Assembly: GCA_949915905.1 (NCBI GenBank)
Contig: CATLEQ010000001.1
Coordinates: forward strand, 1 to 48,061
Direction: 5' to 3'
Source of the DNA: an uncultured Lachnospiraceae bacterium
GTDB lineage: Bacteria; Bacillota; Clostridia; Lachnospirales; Lachnospiraceae
Length of the DNA stretch: 48,061 nt
Shown piece by piece: positions 47,708-48,061 of the stretch (position 1 is the first letter of the stretch; every line of letters starts with the position of its first letter). Position numbers and translations under genes: made by a program. Under the pieces are notes generated by a model that worked only from the letters and a program-made list of their open reading frames with translations, searched no databases and was not told the DNA's origin.

Positions 47708-48061
47708 ATGAAAACGAAATTACCAAATATCATTTTTGTGTTTTCCGATCAGCATCGTTTTTGTGATGTGGGATATGCGGGAAATACAGAAGTGAGAACA
47801 CCGAATTTGGATCGGTTGGCAAAACGAGGGGCGGTTTTTCGTTCGGCCTATTCCAACTGTCCGGTGTGCGTGCCGGCACGGGGGACGCTTCTGACGGGGA
47901 TGCATGCCCTGAAGCACGGTGCGGCGGCAAATGATTTGCCGATTCGTCCACAATGTACATCGATTGCGGATGTATTAAATCAAGCTGGTTATACTACGGC
48001 ATACGTGGGAAAATGGCATTTAGGAGGTGCGCCGCGTGATCAGTTCATCACACATTATAAC
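47708..48061 (+). CDS. Sulfatase, 5' part (runs off the window)
   Basis: MKTKLPNIIFVFSDQHR...TPNLDRLA...CVPARGTLLTG (CxPxR)...GYTTAYVGKWHL; absent from the ORF track. Confidence 0.93.
   Translation, partial: MKTKLPNIIFVFSDQHRFCDVGYAGNTEVRTPNLDRLAKRGAVFRSAYSNCPVCVPARGTLLTGMHALKHGAAANDLPIRPQCTSIADVLNQAGYTTAYVGKWHLGGAPRDQFITHYN

Overview
48 kb of a Bacillota chromosome, probably Clostridia/Lachnospiraceae-like (judged from spoVG, the Firmicutes-type S12 insert and sigmaA promoters). The backbone is housekeeping: dnaD, murC, spoVG, RluA, xpaC-telA, proS, rpsL-rpsG-fusA-tuf, uraA-upp, rnhA, fprA, nth, M18 peptidase, two MATE pumps, purF, tRNA-Gly(TCC) and a partial sulfatase. Accessory parts: (1) an IclR-regulated operon with a complete PhlA-PhlC-PhlB-like Friedel-Crafts acyltransferase plus two carboxylate transporters but no phlD, the best candidate for an undescribed metabolic system; (2) a Menshen-like DUF262/ATPase/effector defence cassette after tuf, next to an IS200 remnant; (3) an AT-rich two-gene islet with a SAMHD1-like HD dNTPase; (4) a PemK-like gene with a small partner; (5) three families of dispersed multi-hairpin repeats. 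rpsL has an in-frame TAG at codon 26, and a zinc-ribbon membrane gene is frameshifted. All family calls come from motif recognition, not database searches.
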